Shown here: positions 50,461 to 62,502 of the stretch, piece by piece
Position numbering within the stretch: position 1 is the stretch's first letter
How the letters are laid out: each line of letters starts with the position of its first letter
Origin: Psilocybe cubensis
Taxonomy: Eukaryota
Reading direction: 5' to 3'
DNA length: 64,000 nt
Assembly: GCA_017499595.2 (NCBI GenBank)
Contig: CM039000.1
Span: 3,472,001-3,536,000, forward strand
Translations under genes and position numbers: made by a program
Notes under the pieces: generated by a model
Databases searched by the model: none
The model's input: only the letters and a program-made list of their open reading frames with translations
What the model was told of the DNA's origin: nothing

Positions 50461-53400
50461 ATGGCGACATCCTTCGCGGCATATGCGTCGCAGTATCTCA
50501 ACCGCCAGCAAGGGGGTGCTTCGACAGTGATGTCGGCCTCGACCTCCCAGCCTATGTTCTTCTCCTTTACAACGGACAATGACGAGGAAGACGGAGGCCG
50601 ACGCGGGAAGACGAACGATAGCGATCTCGATGATTTTGATGACCCTCATTTAGGACTTGGGCAGTCTTCGGGTGGTCTGGAAGAGCCAGTTCCCAAGGAA
50701 CAGGACGATGAGGATCCATATCTGCGGCTGGACGAAGACGAAGAACTACCACAGGGTATGGGGAGAAGCAGAGGGTTCAGGCAGCACCAACAACACCAGC
50801 AAAGTATCCCACTTATTGCGCGTTCGCCGAGCCCTGCGTCTCCGCCGGGGTGGCTAGCCCATTTGGCGCAGTCTCCTCCTCAGAGACAAACGTCGTCACC
50901 ATCGAACGAGTCGAACTCCAGTTCGAGTCCGCCACCGGATTTGTTTGTGGCAGCCTCACCTCGTGGAGGCAAGAATACGCACATACCACCGCCCCCGCCC
51001 CAGACACAATATAACACCATTGAACCTCAGTCTCTGTCTTTGACAGAGTCACTGCTGCCTAGAGACGGTAGCGCCCGCCCATTCCACGTCTTCAGCTTAC
51101 CCGACCCCCGACATACACCACGCAAGCGACGGAAACATCACGATGCACCGTTTATATCCCTATTCCTTGCGCTCCTCCTAGTTTCATTCGTCCTGCTCAT
51201 AATCTTGTTGGCCTTTACCTCACGACCTTCAGGGATACCTGCATCGCTGCTGCCGTATACCGTGATGGTACGGACTGTACCAGTTTTGGTGATACTTACA
51301 TGTATAAGCGCGGTAGCAGCGTACGCGCATGTATGGGCATTGAGGTGGTTTGTTGGACCTGTTATGGCCGCGACTGAGGTTGCTGTACCCGCTATGTTGG
51401 GAATTAGCGCCATATGGGCGTTTGTGGGCAGTTTCATGTGGGATGAAGGACAAGGGGAACCGACATGGGGAGAGACCACTGGGTGCGTTTTTCATCTTCC
51501 TTCACAACGTTCGGTCATGAATTAATTAAGCTCTAACAGTCTACGATTATTCTCAATTATTCCATTAGTGCTTTGTCTTATCACCGCTCGGCGCCTACTC
51601 TACCTTCCGAAACGAATACACACAACATCTTCCACGCTCTCTCTATCGACATATATCCTAATGACAAACCCCTTCCTTCTCGCTCTTTCTCCTGCACTTC
51701 TCATAGGTATGCTCATTGTCAGCATACCATTTATTACCATGGTCTTCCGCCTTTTACTTATTGGATACACCACTACAAATAAGGATGCGGGAAGGGTGGA
51801 GTGGCACGTCAAGGCCTGGGCGAATTGGGCCATAGCTGGAGTACTGGTGGTGTGGCTCTGGAGCTGGACAGTAGCAAGGGGTGTACTCAGGACTACGTGC
51901 GCGAGTGTCGTTGGTGCATGGTATTTCTCAGAGTGCGTTTCAATACATCCTATTCTTTCTTTCACTAATCTCTGTTTTGACAGCCCTGCTCTCCCACCGC
52001 CTCCACCAACATCCACACACACAATTCACGCTGCCCTCACGCGCTCAACCGGACCCTCTCTTGGTTCAATCATCCTCGCCGCACTGATATTGACTGCCAT
52101 TCGTATTCTCACCATCCTTACTTTTCTTCTCCATCGGCTGCCGCCTCTGCTACTGCGCATTCCCTGGGTTCCACTTGCTGTCCCGGTCGCCATGTACCTT
52201 GTTCCAGGCGTTAGAGCAGCCGCGGCATGGCTGGAGGAGAAGACGGACCGGGTGAGTAAGTATGCTCTGGTTTATGTTGGGTTGACGGGCGTAAGCTTCT
52301 GGGAAGGCGCCCGCAGGGGCGGGAGCCTGGTTGGGAGCGGGCGGGAGAGAGATGTTGCTGAGCCAGAGCAACCGCAGGGCCGAAGACAAGGAAGGAGGCA
52401 GGGTAGGGCAGAACAAACGCAGGCACAGACGCCGGTCGCGAAGAAACGTTTCGGTGCTGAACGTGCGTGTTCACTTATTTATTGTGTCCGAATGTTTTGT
52501 CTAATGAACCTATATTTCAGCCCCCCTCGCGCTGTTGACCATATCGCCTTTGACGCTTACCTTCCCATTTGCATTACTCACATATTTGTTCGTTGCACAT
52601 ACTTTGAATGCTCCGAATGAGGCACTCGGCGCGGCTCTACTTGCAGGTGGCACCACTGCCATTGTTGGGTTGTTCTGTGTAGGAGTTGTCAGAGACACGT
52701 AAGTGGTCTTTTTACGTCTACCGTAATCGATACATACCCTCCCGCGGGACTCGAGCGCATATATACGCCGTTCTACCTTCTATCTTTATATTTGCTGTTT
52801 CTTTTTTTATTTCTTGTTTTCACCACACTGGAGAGCTTACTAACTCGAAAATTATTTCACCAGGGCTGACACACTGTACATGTGCTATTGCATCGACAAA
52901 GCGGAAGGCGTACGGAGACGTGAAGAAGTTTTCGTCGCATTCGAGTATGGTAATCAATCACAGCCTCCTAACCAAGCTCAACATCCTTTCACTGCTGGTC
53001 GGAACGCGGCCACAAACACTGGACCGCTTTTACCGACACACAACAATCCCAACCAACGAGGCAAAGCTCCAGGTGCAGTACCACAACACCGAGTAGGATC
53101 AACGCAGGTGCAAGGACAGCCTGAGACGATCATCCCGCGCTCGCCTCTCTCAACCAGAAGGAGTGATGGAACGGAATCTATGTTTGGTGTTGGGCATGGG
53201 ATTGGGCGCGCACCCGGGATGGGTGGGAGAGAAGATACTGAGTCTGAGCTGGGGTCTGAAGAAGAACAGGAGGAGGTTCCTGCTCGCTCAAAGCCCAAAT
53301 CGGAGCAGAAGAGGAGCGTGCCCATCTCGCCGTATCGAGTCGGGTCTGATTCTGAAGATGACGATGATCATGGACGGACGCCTACAACAACGAATGTCCC

Positions 53401-54028
53401 CGTTAATGCTCTGAGGCCTCCACATCCTCTGACAATGCCCCATGCGCCAAGTCGTGGGTCCAACCTCCAACCACCTGTAGAAGAAGAGGAAGAAGATTTA
53501 GATCCGTTCAAGACTACTGGTGCCAATGTGGATGAGGAGGTACTTTTGGAGGGGCTAGGAGGCGGTGGGTACCCTTCCACGAGTCCGCGCAATAACACAG
53601 GGGCAGGATATCCTACGACCTCTTCAAGTCCACCGGGAAGGGGCGTACATGCACCTGGACTTGGGCTCGCACATGGATTCAATTTGCACGAACATAAACG
53701 GTCGACCTCGGGAGGCCTTGGTGGACTAGACTTTGGTGTCGGCGCTGCGCCTACGACTCCGACCGCCACAGGCGGTCTCAGTGGCTTTGCCACAGCAGGA
53801 GGTGCTTTGGCAGCCGCTCATCGCGAGCGGATGATGAGCAGTACTCAGGAGTTGAATATGAAGAGCCAGTTTCTGATGAATATGCGTGGTTCAGGTGCTG
53901 GTGCGGGGTCAGGGTACGGAGCGGATAGTGCGGTCTCTGCGACGACTGGTGGATCTCGATCAGGTGCCGAGAGTGAGGGTGAGGGCGAGGAGAGTCAGTT
54001 GGGTCCTGGCAGTGACTTTTTCAAGTAG
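50461..54028 (+). CDS. Choline transporter-like (CTL/SLC44/Pns1 family) multi-pass membrane protein with long disordered termini
   Basis: Exons 50461-51482, 51540-51932, 51984-52462, 52521-52698 and 52864-54028 join in frame. There are about ten hydrophobic segments. Family-like motifs: VVGAWYF, AALTRSTGPSLGSIILAALIL, YALVYVGLTGVSFWEGARR, TADTLYMCYCID. Confidence 0.8.
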
Positions 54029-55452
54029 AGGTATTCCTTCTCGCCTTTTTATCCTTTACTTCCATTTTCTATTTGATTCTGTGTTCTGTTATGCCACGAC
54101 TCTGTTGTTGTTATTACTCATGTATATACACCTTGTTCTTCCATTCTATCTCTATCATCGTCGTTGCTTCTCTGTTTTTTTCTTTTTCAATTCTCCCCTT
54201 TCTTTTCTCGCCCTCGCCGCTTGGACGCATGTCGGTTTTGTATCCTGCATACACTCCCATTTTTCCAACCACATTCATATTTTCTCATGGGCGCTCTAGT
54301 CAACCACATCCTTCCTTCATTCTCTCATTTAAATTTCCCCATTTAGAATGCGCAGACACCGCACATATTCATACATTGTACAGTACTCATCTCCTTTTTA
54401 ATGTCCAGCCCTTTGCACAACTCAAGCTACAATGCCCAACCTTGGTCCTCGCATCGCATTTGATTTTGGGTCGTCCTCGTGTTGAAATGCCTCTCCTCCC
54501 GCATACTTCTACATTCGTATCGCACTCCAACCTTCTACGACACACTCACCTTGGTCCCTGTTGGTTGTAAGAAACATAGTCTGTGCCTTGTTAATTTGCG
54601 GTCTTTCTTCTTCGGGTTCCATGGACTATGGTCATTTTATGGCTACTCTCAGGACTCCTGGACGCAATTGGCGCAGCTTGTTGATGACTTCTGGCTAGCT
54701 ATATGCCTTTCTATCAGCTATACGCGCATCACGGTTGATTGTGGTTTACTTCCTATCAGATCTACCTCGTGAAAGGTAAAGACTGTTATCACTGTACGTT
54801 GCGCTGCTTACTCGTAACCAGGGTGCGAGGACTACGCCGGTCGATTGTGGTATTTTTGTACTTCTGTTGCTTCCCCATTAACAAATCTGAGCTTTACTGG
54901 GGCTGTAGTAAATTCTATGATGTGCCGGAGGAAGTGGTTTAGGTTCTACAATCTGAAGTGGAGAGCGCTTTCGAAATGGGTGCTCCAAAAGCCGACGAGA
55001 TTCATATCTTAGCAGCCATGAGTAGTATAGGAAATGAGGGTTATTCATGTAGGTTTATATTTTTTTTATTGTTCTTTTTCATTGGTTCTGATACCTTTAT
55101 TGAAATTGCGACCTACTTTACAGTTCGGGTTTTGCGACATATCGTTCGGGTGCAATTGTATGTCTATTTTTAGATTTGGAAGTCTGCACCAGCCTTGTAG
55201 CTCCAGGTACGACGTTGCGGTTTGTTTTTATCCTTTGACTTGAACGGTGTTGCACAACAGAATGGAAAATAAACTACCTAACGAGTTAGCGGAGAAATAT
55301 CCCACAACACCTCGCCGGTTAAGTTTCCGACAACGAGTTCGTGAAGTTGGCAGGCCATGTGAGGCGACTGGGAGCTCGAAGCCGCGAAGACTTCATAGTT
55401 TTCGGGCGCTCAGTGTGGAATTTTTGGTATGCCTCGAGGCGTGTTTCTACAG

Positions 55453-55459
55453 TATAAAA
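55453..55459 (+). promoter_or_regulatory. TATA box of the flavin monooxygenase gene
   Basis: TATAAAA ending 77 nt before the ATG at 55536. Confidence 0.5.
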
Positions 55460-55535
55460 GCACGTTCTGACAAAATGGATAAATTAACAGAACAGCTTTG
55501 TTGTTGCATATCCCAAACCGGAACTCATAATCGCA

Positions 55536-57603
55536 ATGGCCAACGACAGCGTTTTATCCTATATTCCTGAAGAGCTCCCTGAGTGCGCTACTGCTCAGGC
55601 GCATTTCAGGACCACAATGCCTATTCATCATCAACGACATCTCAAAGTTATTTGCATTGGTGCAGGGGCTTCGGGCCTGCTTATGGCTTACAAGATGCAA
55701 CGTAACTTCGAGAATTACGAACTTATGTGCTATGAGAAGAACGACGATATCTCCGGAACTTGGTACGAGAACAGATATCCTGGGTAAGTTCATCATCCAT
55801 CGTTTGCGCTCTCTGTACTGTCATTGACATTCTCATCTAGCTGTGCTTGCGATATCGCGGCTCATATCTACACGTGGAGCTTCGAGCCCAACCCCAGCTG
55901 GTCGTCTGTTTATGCCGGGTCCGAGGAGATTCATAACTACTTCTGCCGTTTCTCCAAGAAGTACAACCTTTCGAAGTTCTACAAACTCAGGCATCTCGTC
56001 ACGTCATGCATCTGGGATGACACCAGAGGTGGATGGGACGTCGAGGTGACCAACTTAAACGATGGATCCAAGTTCACAGACCAGTGCGACATCCTCATCA
56101 ATGGAGCTGGAGTTCTCAATACATGGAAGTGGCCAGAGATACAAGGGCTACATAATTTCAAAGGCAACCTCATGCACACTGCCAACTGGGACAAATCAGC
56201 GGATCTCAAAGGCAAGAACGTCGGGTTGATCGGCAATGGGTAAGCGCTCGTCGCTTTTTTTGTTTGTTTTTCCCTATGTTTAATGCAACTATTATTAGAT
56301 CCTCGGCCATCCAGGTGCTACCTAACATCCTCCCTGACGCGAAACGGGTCACTACTTTTTTCCGTGGCCCTACTTGGGTTTCACCTGTCAAGAACGTGGT
56401 AATGGACCAGCACTTTTACACGGACGAAGAACGGCATCTCTGGGAGGGGGATGCACAAGAGCACCTGAAGTACCGAAAGAAGTTGGAAAATTCTCTGAAC
56501 AAGGTCTTTCCCATGTTTCTTCTTAAATCAGAGAGGCAACAAGACCTACGTGTGGGTATGACGGAGATCATGAAAGGCATCATAAAGAACGAGGAACTCG
56601 AAAAGAAATTAATTCCGTCCTGGGCAGTTGGGTGCAGAAGGATGACCCCTGGAGTTGGTTACCTCGAGGCTCTGGTTTCCGACAAGGTTGATATCTCTTA
56701 TGGAACAGTTCAACAAGTTACGGAAGGCGGTGTCATTGGAGGAGATGGCAAGGAATACCCTCTAGATGTCTTGATCTGTGCTACTGGGTTCGACACTTCG
56801 TACCTTCCTCGATTTTCTGTCATTGGGGCCAACGGTGTTAGCATGCGTGAAGCTTGGGCTAAAGAACCCAGGTCCTACATGGGTGTCGGCACTAATGGGT
56901 TCCCAAACTATATGATGATTACTGGACCCAACAGCCCTATCGGAAATGGTGCTGTCTTAGTCGGAATGGGTAAGGTCTCACAATTTTGCTGTCGATATGG
57001 TACTGATTGGTTATTTCAGAGGCACAGGCCGATTACATTTGCAAGATGATGGATCGCTGGCAAACAGAGAGCATTCACAGTTTCTCACCCAAGGCCGAGG
57101 CTGTCGATGAGTTCTTGGCCCATAAGGACGCATTTATGAAAGGAACAGTTTGGCAACAAGAATGCCGCTCTTGGTATAAATCGAATAGTATCACCGGCAA
57201 AGTAACTGCTCTCTGGCCTGGAAGTAGTCTGCACTATTTGGAGGCTATGAAGGAGCCCAGATATGAGGACTGGGATATCAAGTACTCCGGTAACCGGTTC
57301 TCGTTCTTAGGAAACGGGTACTCTCAGACGGAGGTCGATCCTACCGCTGACAGAGGATGGTATCTTCGTAACGAGGACGACGGGGAATATCTTAGCCGTG
57401 GAAAACGACGAAAGGTATTTTCGAAGGCGGGAACTTGGACTTTGGACGGTCCTGTCGAGCCAAAGAATTCACAACAGATGTCAGAAGCCGTTGCCATAAA
57501 GGTTCGACCGAGCCGACACTCTTTGTTTTCTCGCCCCCTTTTCTTCAGTTCCTCCTTTTTTGTTCTTTTGTTATCTATTATATTACTTACTGGCACATAT
57601 TAG
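55536..57603 (+). CDS. Flavin-binding monooxygenase, class B / Baeyer-Villiger type (StcW/MoxY-like)
   Basis: Rossmann VICIGAGASG, GTWYENRYPG-CACD, BVMO fingerprint FKGNLMHTANWD, second Rossmann VGLIGNG-SSAIQ, GCRRMTPG, ICATGFD, and CRSWYK. Introns near 55784-55840, 56240-56298 and 56970-57019. The C-terminus is ambiguous (see findings). Confidence 0.92.
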
Positions 57604-58028
57604 CGAAGCAGTTAATACATTGTACGAGCTGCTTAGATTCTTTTAGGCGTTTCTTTCTTTAGACTATATCAACTTTTATTAGTATTATCGATCTGTGCTC
57701 CGAGTCGCCATCAGGCTCGATAGCCTATAGGCGCAAATATGCATACAAACTGAATAGATACATTATAGAAATAAACCGTATAGAGGAGAATAATAGTTTA
57801 GATCTATCATTTGACTTGTTAAACTAGGATATTATTGAACACTGTAGGTCTATTCGAGTCATTCAGCCAACTGAGCACATGTTGACAACATTCGAACCTA
57901 AGTCCCCTAATCCGGCATCTTCGGCTCAGTGTGACATTAGACAGTTGATGATGCTCAGTCACAACATGCTTCGACTGTTCTTCGTACACAAACCACCATC
58001 TCATCCTATCTCATCGTAATCAATCATC

Positions 58029-58475
58029 ATGAATTCTCCTCCTGACCCAGGTTCCCCGATCTCAACAGAGTCTTCAGGATCACCTCCAGCAGAGATGGAG
58101 GAGTCAAACTTCCCTTCAAGCTCGGGACCCACCGGCTACTTGGCCAATCTTACGAGCCAAATATCCACTGCGTTCGGCGTAGGCGGCTCTGGTTCATCCA
58201 AGCGTCGACTACCCTCAGGTCCTGGATTTAGTGGTGCATCTGCTCGTGATGCAAAGTCAAGGAAACGCGGTGACACCTCCAGATCGGGTACCACTCAGTG
58301 GGAAGGGTCAAAGGAAGCTATCGGTGGAAAGAAAGAGAAGGACGAACTGATTGATAACGCGTTAGTGGAACAGCTGAGGAAAGGTACGTTTAAAATGGTT
58401 CTTGACAGTTTTTTCGCTGATTTGTTACGGTTAGATATTGGAGATCCATTCCTAGAGCCTGATTTCAAGAATTGA
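58029..58475 (+). CDS. Small hypothetical protein (Ser/Gly-rich, basic NLS-like patch, C-terminal ELIDNALVEQLRK-DIGDPF)
   Basis: ATG at 58029 follows a CA/CT-rich leader. A probable 51-nt GT-AG intron lies at 58384-58434. Stop TGA at 58473-58475. Confidence 0.7.
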   Translation: MNSPPDPGSPISTESSGSPPAEMEESNFPSSSGPTGYLANLTSQISTAFGVGGSGSSKRRLPSGPGFSGASARDAKSRKRGDTSRSGTTQWEGSKEAIGGKKEKDELIDNALVEQLRKGTFKMVLDSFFADLLRLDIGDPFLEPDFKN

Positions 58476-59069
58476 GTATTAAAGTTCTTCTGTATGTCGG
58501 TGGAGACGCTTGTGTACCTTTAGTCATTATAATTTTCAATGCAGGTTAGTGGTGGCCACGCATGTGGCCTCTTGAAGACTTTGACTCAGTGTTTGTTTGT
58601 TTAATTCTTCTGTACATTTTTCATTCATCACACTACTCAATTATGTTGCTCCCGCTTGTTTTATGAACCAAACGACAGCGCTCACGAGCTTGATAGGAGT
58701 GTTTCGAGTTATCACCCGATTCGGCTTTTTGAACATATTATCATCATTACCTTGTCATCGGTCGCTGCTTTCTGCCTTCGCAATTATACACAACACGGTC
58801 GAATCTCAAGTGTAGTAAGCACACACCAAACTTCAACACGACGACAAATGGGCCCAGCGCTTTCTGCTTCTGTACTTGACTAGAGATGGATCGCTTCTTC
58901 AACATGTCGTCATTTCTATCCTCAAAAACTATCACAACAATTCTCAGCTTCAAATAGCACCTGGTTTCCCCTTGGAGCCTGCTTTTTTTGCAAGTCATGA
59001 AAAATTTATGAACAACACAAAGTAGAATTGGATGAGTGCTGTTCCTAGATGATTATGGCAAGTGCAGTA

Positions 59070-61815
59070 TTAGATGTAACACTTAAACCTTGGGCTAGTA
59101 GGACCCTCCCAACCGACTGAACAACGCAAATGAGCAAATCTGCCGATAAACAAATCTATGCTCTCAGTAATTGACGTACCGCAATGCCAACAGTCAAGGA
59201 TTCGACGAGGGTCGCTGCAAAAAGGAGTAAGTAATACTCTTCGTTGAATGGCAAATGACATACTATTTGTTTTTGATCTGCAAAAGCCTGGCATAATTAA
59301 TTCCCCAGAAAGAGACTATTGCGCAGACAAGGTGAAATTGCCTTCGACATCGAGCATGAATAATTAACAACTAACCTTCGTGGTTGGGTTCATGAATATC
59401 AGACTCATTCTGTCATAAATTTACAGTGAGGACACAGTCTACTGGTAATGATGTTTAGGACACCCTACAAGATATGCTCCAGAGTCTGGCGTCACATCCC
59501 GCAGGAAGTTAACAGCCTTGGTACCTTGAGCATACGTAGCCCTTTTGACGTCGACGGTTGCATTGTACACCCATGGGTTGACGAGAATGATCTATGAGTG
59601 TCGCACGAAATATTCAATCACTGTTACAAAGATTCAGAACTGTTTCGAACTGCATACCTGGTACAGAGACGAGCGCCATATAGGGTTTACGCTGGTGTCT
59701 TTCCCATCTGAACCTTTAAAGCCAAAAGGAGTAGTAAAATGCAGCTGAGAGAACTCTGCGTTGGCGAATGCATTGGTGAGAGCATCCAAAATCTCTGCCC
59801 GTCCTGCCGCGGTCTCATGGTTTTTCGCGGGAATGAGACGAGAGGTAAGTGCATTGGGTACTGCAACGCCCTGAAATCAATTGTAAATGAGTATGTGACT
59901 ATGTATTATGCGTATTTTCAATGGTGATCATTGCAACTTACGTCTTGAGAACCTGACTGTCCATTGGAGTACGCATTGAACCATTCCAAGTAGTTTGGAA
60001 ACTCGGTTACATTTGAGACTCCTCCCATTTGCGTGGTAAGTGATATAAGTGGCTGGAACATTTTTTCGGCATCACTACTGCTGAATTTGTTGCTCATGAG
60101 AACGAGATTGCCAAGAGTTGGCTGTTTTGTCGATGGGCACTTAACTCAAAAAAAAATCATGCATTGCAAAGGAAAGACAAACCGTCAGATACCCTCCCCA
60201 TCCTGCAGACGCGATTGATATTGCATTGTCAACGACGATTGAAAGGACTTTCTTGAGGTTATCGTCAGTTACAGGCCAATTGATGTTGGCCCTGCAAAAT
60301 GATAATATTAGGACTCGAGTGTTCGAATTTCAGAAAAAATGGTTGAAAACGTACACCCGGAATGCCTGGGATGGAGATGCCATGACAGTAGCCTCCAAAA
60401 CAACAGCAAATGTTCCTCCTCCTCCCCCACGGAGAGCAAAGAAGAGATCTGAATTCTGGCATGAGTTCACGGTACGAAGAATACCGTCTGGAGTAACGGC
60501 TTTATATTGAAGCTATGAAATACAGAGATATCAGAGATGAAAACGACAAGGACGTAATACTACTTACCACGCGGTCTGCACCCATTCCGAACATAGGGGT
60601 CAAAGACGAGTGGCCACCTCCCTGTGCAGATGTGTATCGTCAGACTTAATTGCACATATATTAGCATGGTTCAAGTAGACTAACTTGAACCCAACCTCCA
60701 ACAGCGCCTACACTCTGTTCTGCACCTCCTACCACTTCGAGACCCAAACTATTCGCGAATTCATAGACCTCCTGCCACTGAGTGCCAGCGGCAAGCGTAA
60801 GAGCTTCTTGAGAAGATGTATGACATCCTTCTGGAACAAAATTTGATTCATGGGTCATCTATTATCTGTCAGTTGTAGCGAAATAGTACTTCGGGAAGGT
60901 TAGAAATGAACAAACATTTTTTAGGTTGTGCATCTACACAACGGTGTGATTTAGTTCGTTGATTAGTTTGGATGCATGGAGATAACGTACCCATAGTGCT
61001 AATGATCCAGGTGCTGAGCTTCGACCCTTGAAATCGTGCTGTGGGGACTCTATTAATTCGGTTACATCTCGACTATAATGTACTTACACCGGTGTTTTTG
61101 ATCACTAGAGGTATATTATTTTTAGAGACGAAGTTTAAAGCAGCTACGACGTCGTTTTCGTTTTGGACATCAATCTGGATCAGAAGACAATGTGATTAGA
61201 TAAACAAAATTCCGACATATATACTCACGAAATAGTCAGGGATGCTACCTTGATTGCAGGTTTGTGGTGGATTAAATGCAAGAGGATTGGCTGGGTTCAT
61301 CCAATCTAAAGCGCATTGATCTCCTGTAGCCATGCACTCTTCGTAGTTTTGCTAATAGATTCGGTCCACGTAAATATATGGAAAAAGTGTCCTATTACTC
61401 ACTTACAAGGGTGTAGGCTCCGAAAGCATTACTGCGAGCAGCTGAGATTAAAACGTGTCAGCAGATAGATCTAAAGACCGGATAACATATAACGAGGCGA
61501 TTATAGTCGATACTACTTTTAAATCTGGGAGAATCACAAAAGCATGGATGTGAGACGGTACGCACGATGATCAAAAAAGTTTGCTTGGACAAATCCACAT
61601 TGTGCAAAATTTTGGGTGACATTTTTGCCATTATATATTGTAAAGCAAGGCTCTGTCCAAGGAATTCCTACAGCAAGGCGACCATTCACGGTACGGTTCA
61701 GCGATGCCCAATCCATATGGTTAGGTGAAGCCAGCGATACTTCATCATCGCCTCGGACGCCGTGCAGGAGGCTGAATACGATCAAGGCGGCTGACAATTT
61801 TTCCAGCTCAAGCAT
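59070..61815 (-). CDS. Secreted FAD-binding oxidoreductase, berberine-bridge-enzyme-like; paralog of 9361-12054
   Basis: Signal-peptide-like MLELEKLSAALIVFSLLHGVRG. Motifs [98 protein letters not shown]...CYI-stop (TAA at 59070-59072). Confidence 0.9.
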
Positions 61816-61872
61816 GGTAAACCGGATAATCCAGTGATTGATACTGGTTTGTGACTTCGACCCATGAGTCTC

Positions 61873-61879
61873 TTATATA
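61873..61879 (-). promoter_or_regulatory. TATA box of the second BBE-like gene
   Basis: TATATAA on the minus strand, 58 nt upstream of the ATG at 61815, in the ~690 bp region divergent from the MnmA gene. Confidence 0.5.
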
Positions 61880-62502
61880 GGTACTTTTGAGTACCGTTCC
61901 GTTCCCCGGACGACGTATCAGGAAATCTAAAATTATGGCCATAGACGTTGTTTCCGACGTCAGCGCTGGAAATCGCCTCGTATGCTATTTGAGCAACGTG
62001 AGCACGCGCCCAATGCCAAAATATCCAAAAAATAAAAATGTAACCGAGATCATAGAGTGTACGATTGAGCCAAAAGACTCAAACCTCAGCCTTGGACGAG
62101 ATCGACGTGCCAGTGATTGCAATGATTCATTTTGCCAGTTGCAGCTGCGCATTGAATAGGCGATATCAATGGAATATGTCCACACACGTTGGTTAGAGTG
62201 GGAAATAGCATTTTAGTTGGTCTTTCGAGATTCAAAGTAGCAAAAACAGAATAAAACAAATGAGGACTGAGGCAAGACTGAGGAAGAAGAAAATAGTTCA
62301 ATGGAGACGTTACCCCTATGTTCGTGACTGTTATGATGCTCATGTGACTACGTTACATTCTGACAGTCACAGATGGTCCTGCGTTTGCCTAGGCTTCTTG
62401 GAGGAGTCTTTGACCAATCTTGTCTTCTAACGTCTTGAATACCCAAAATCTTACATTTTACAGGCTGGAAACTGGATACGCATACCCCATACCCCTGGAT
62501 CC

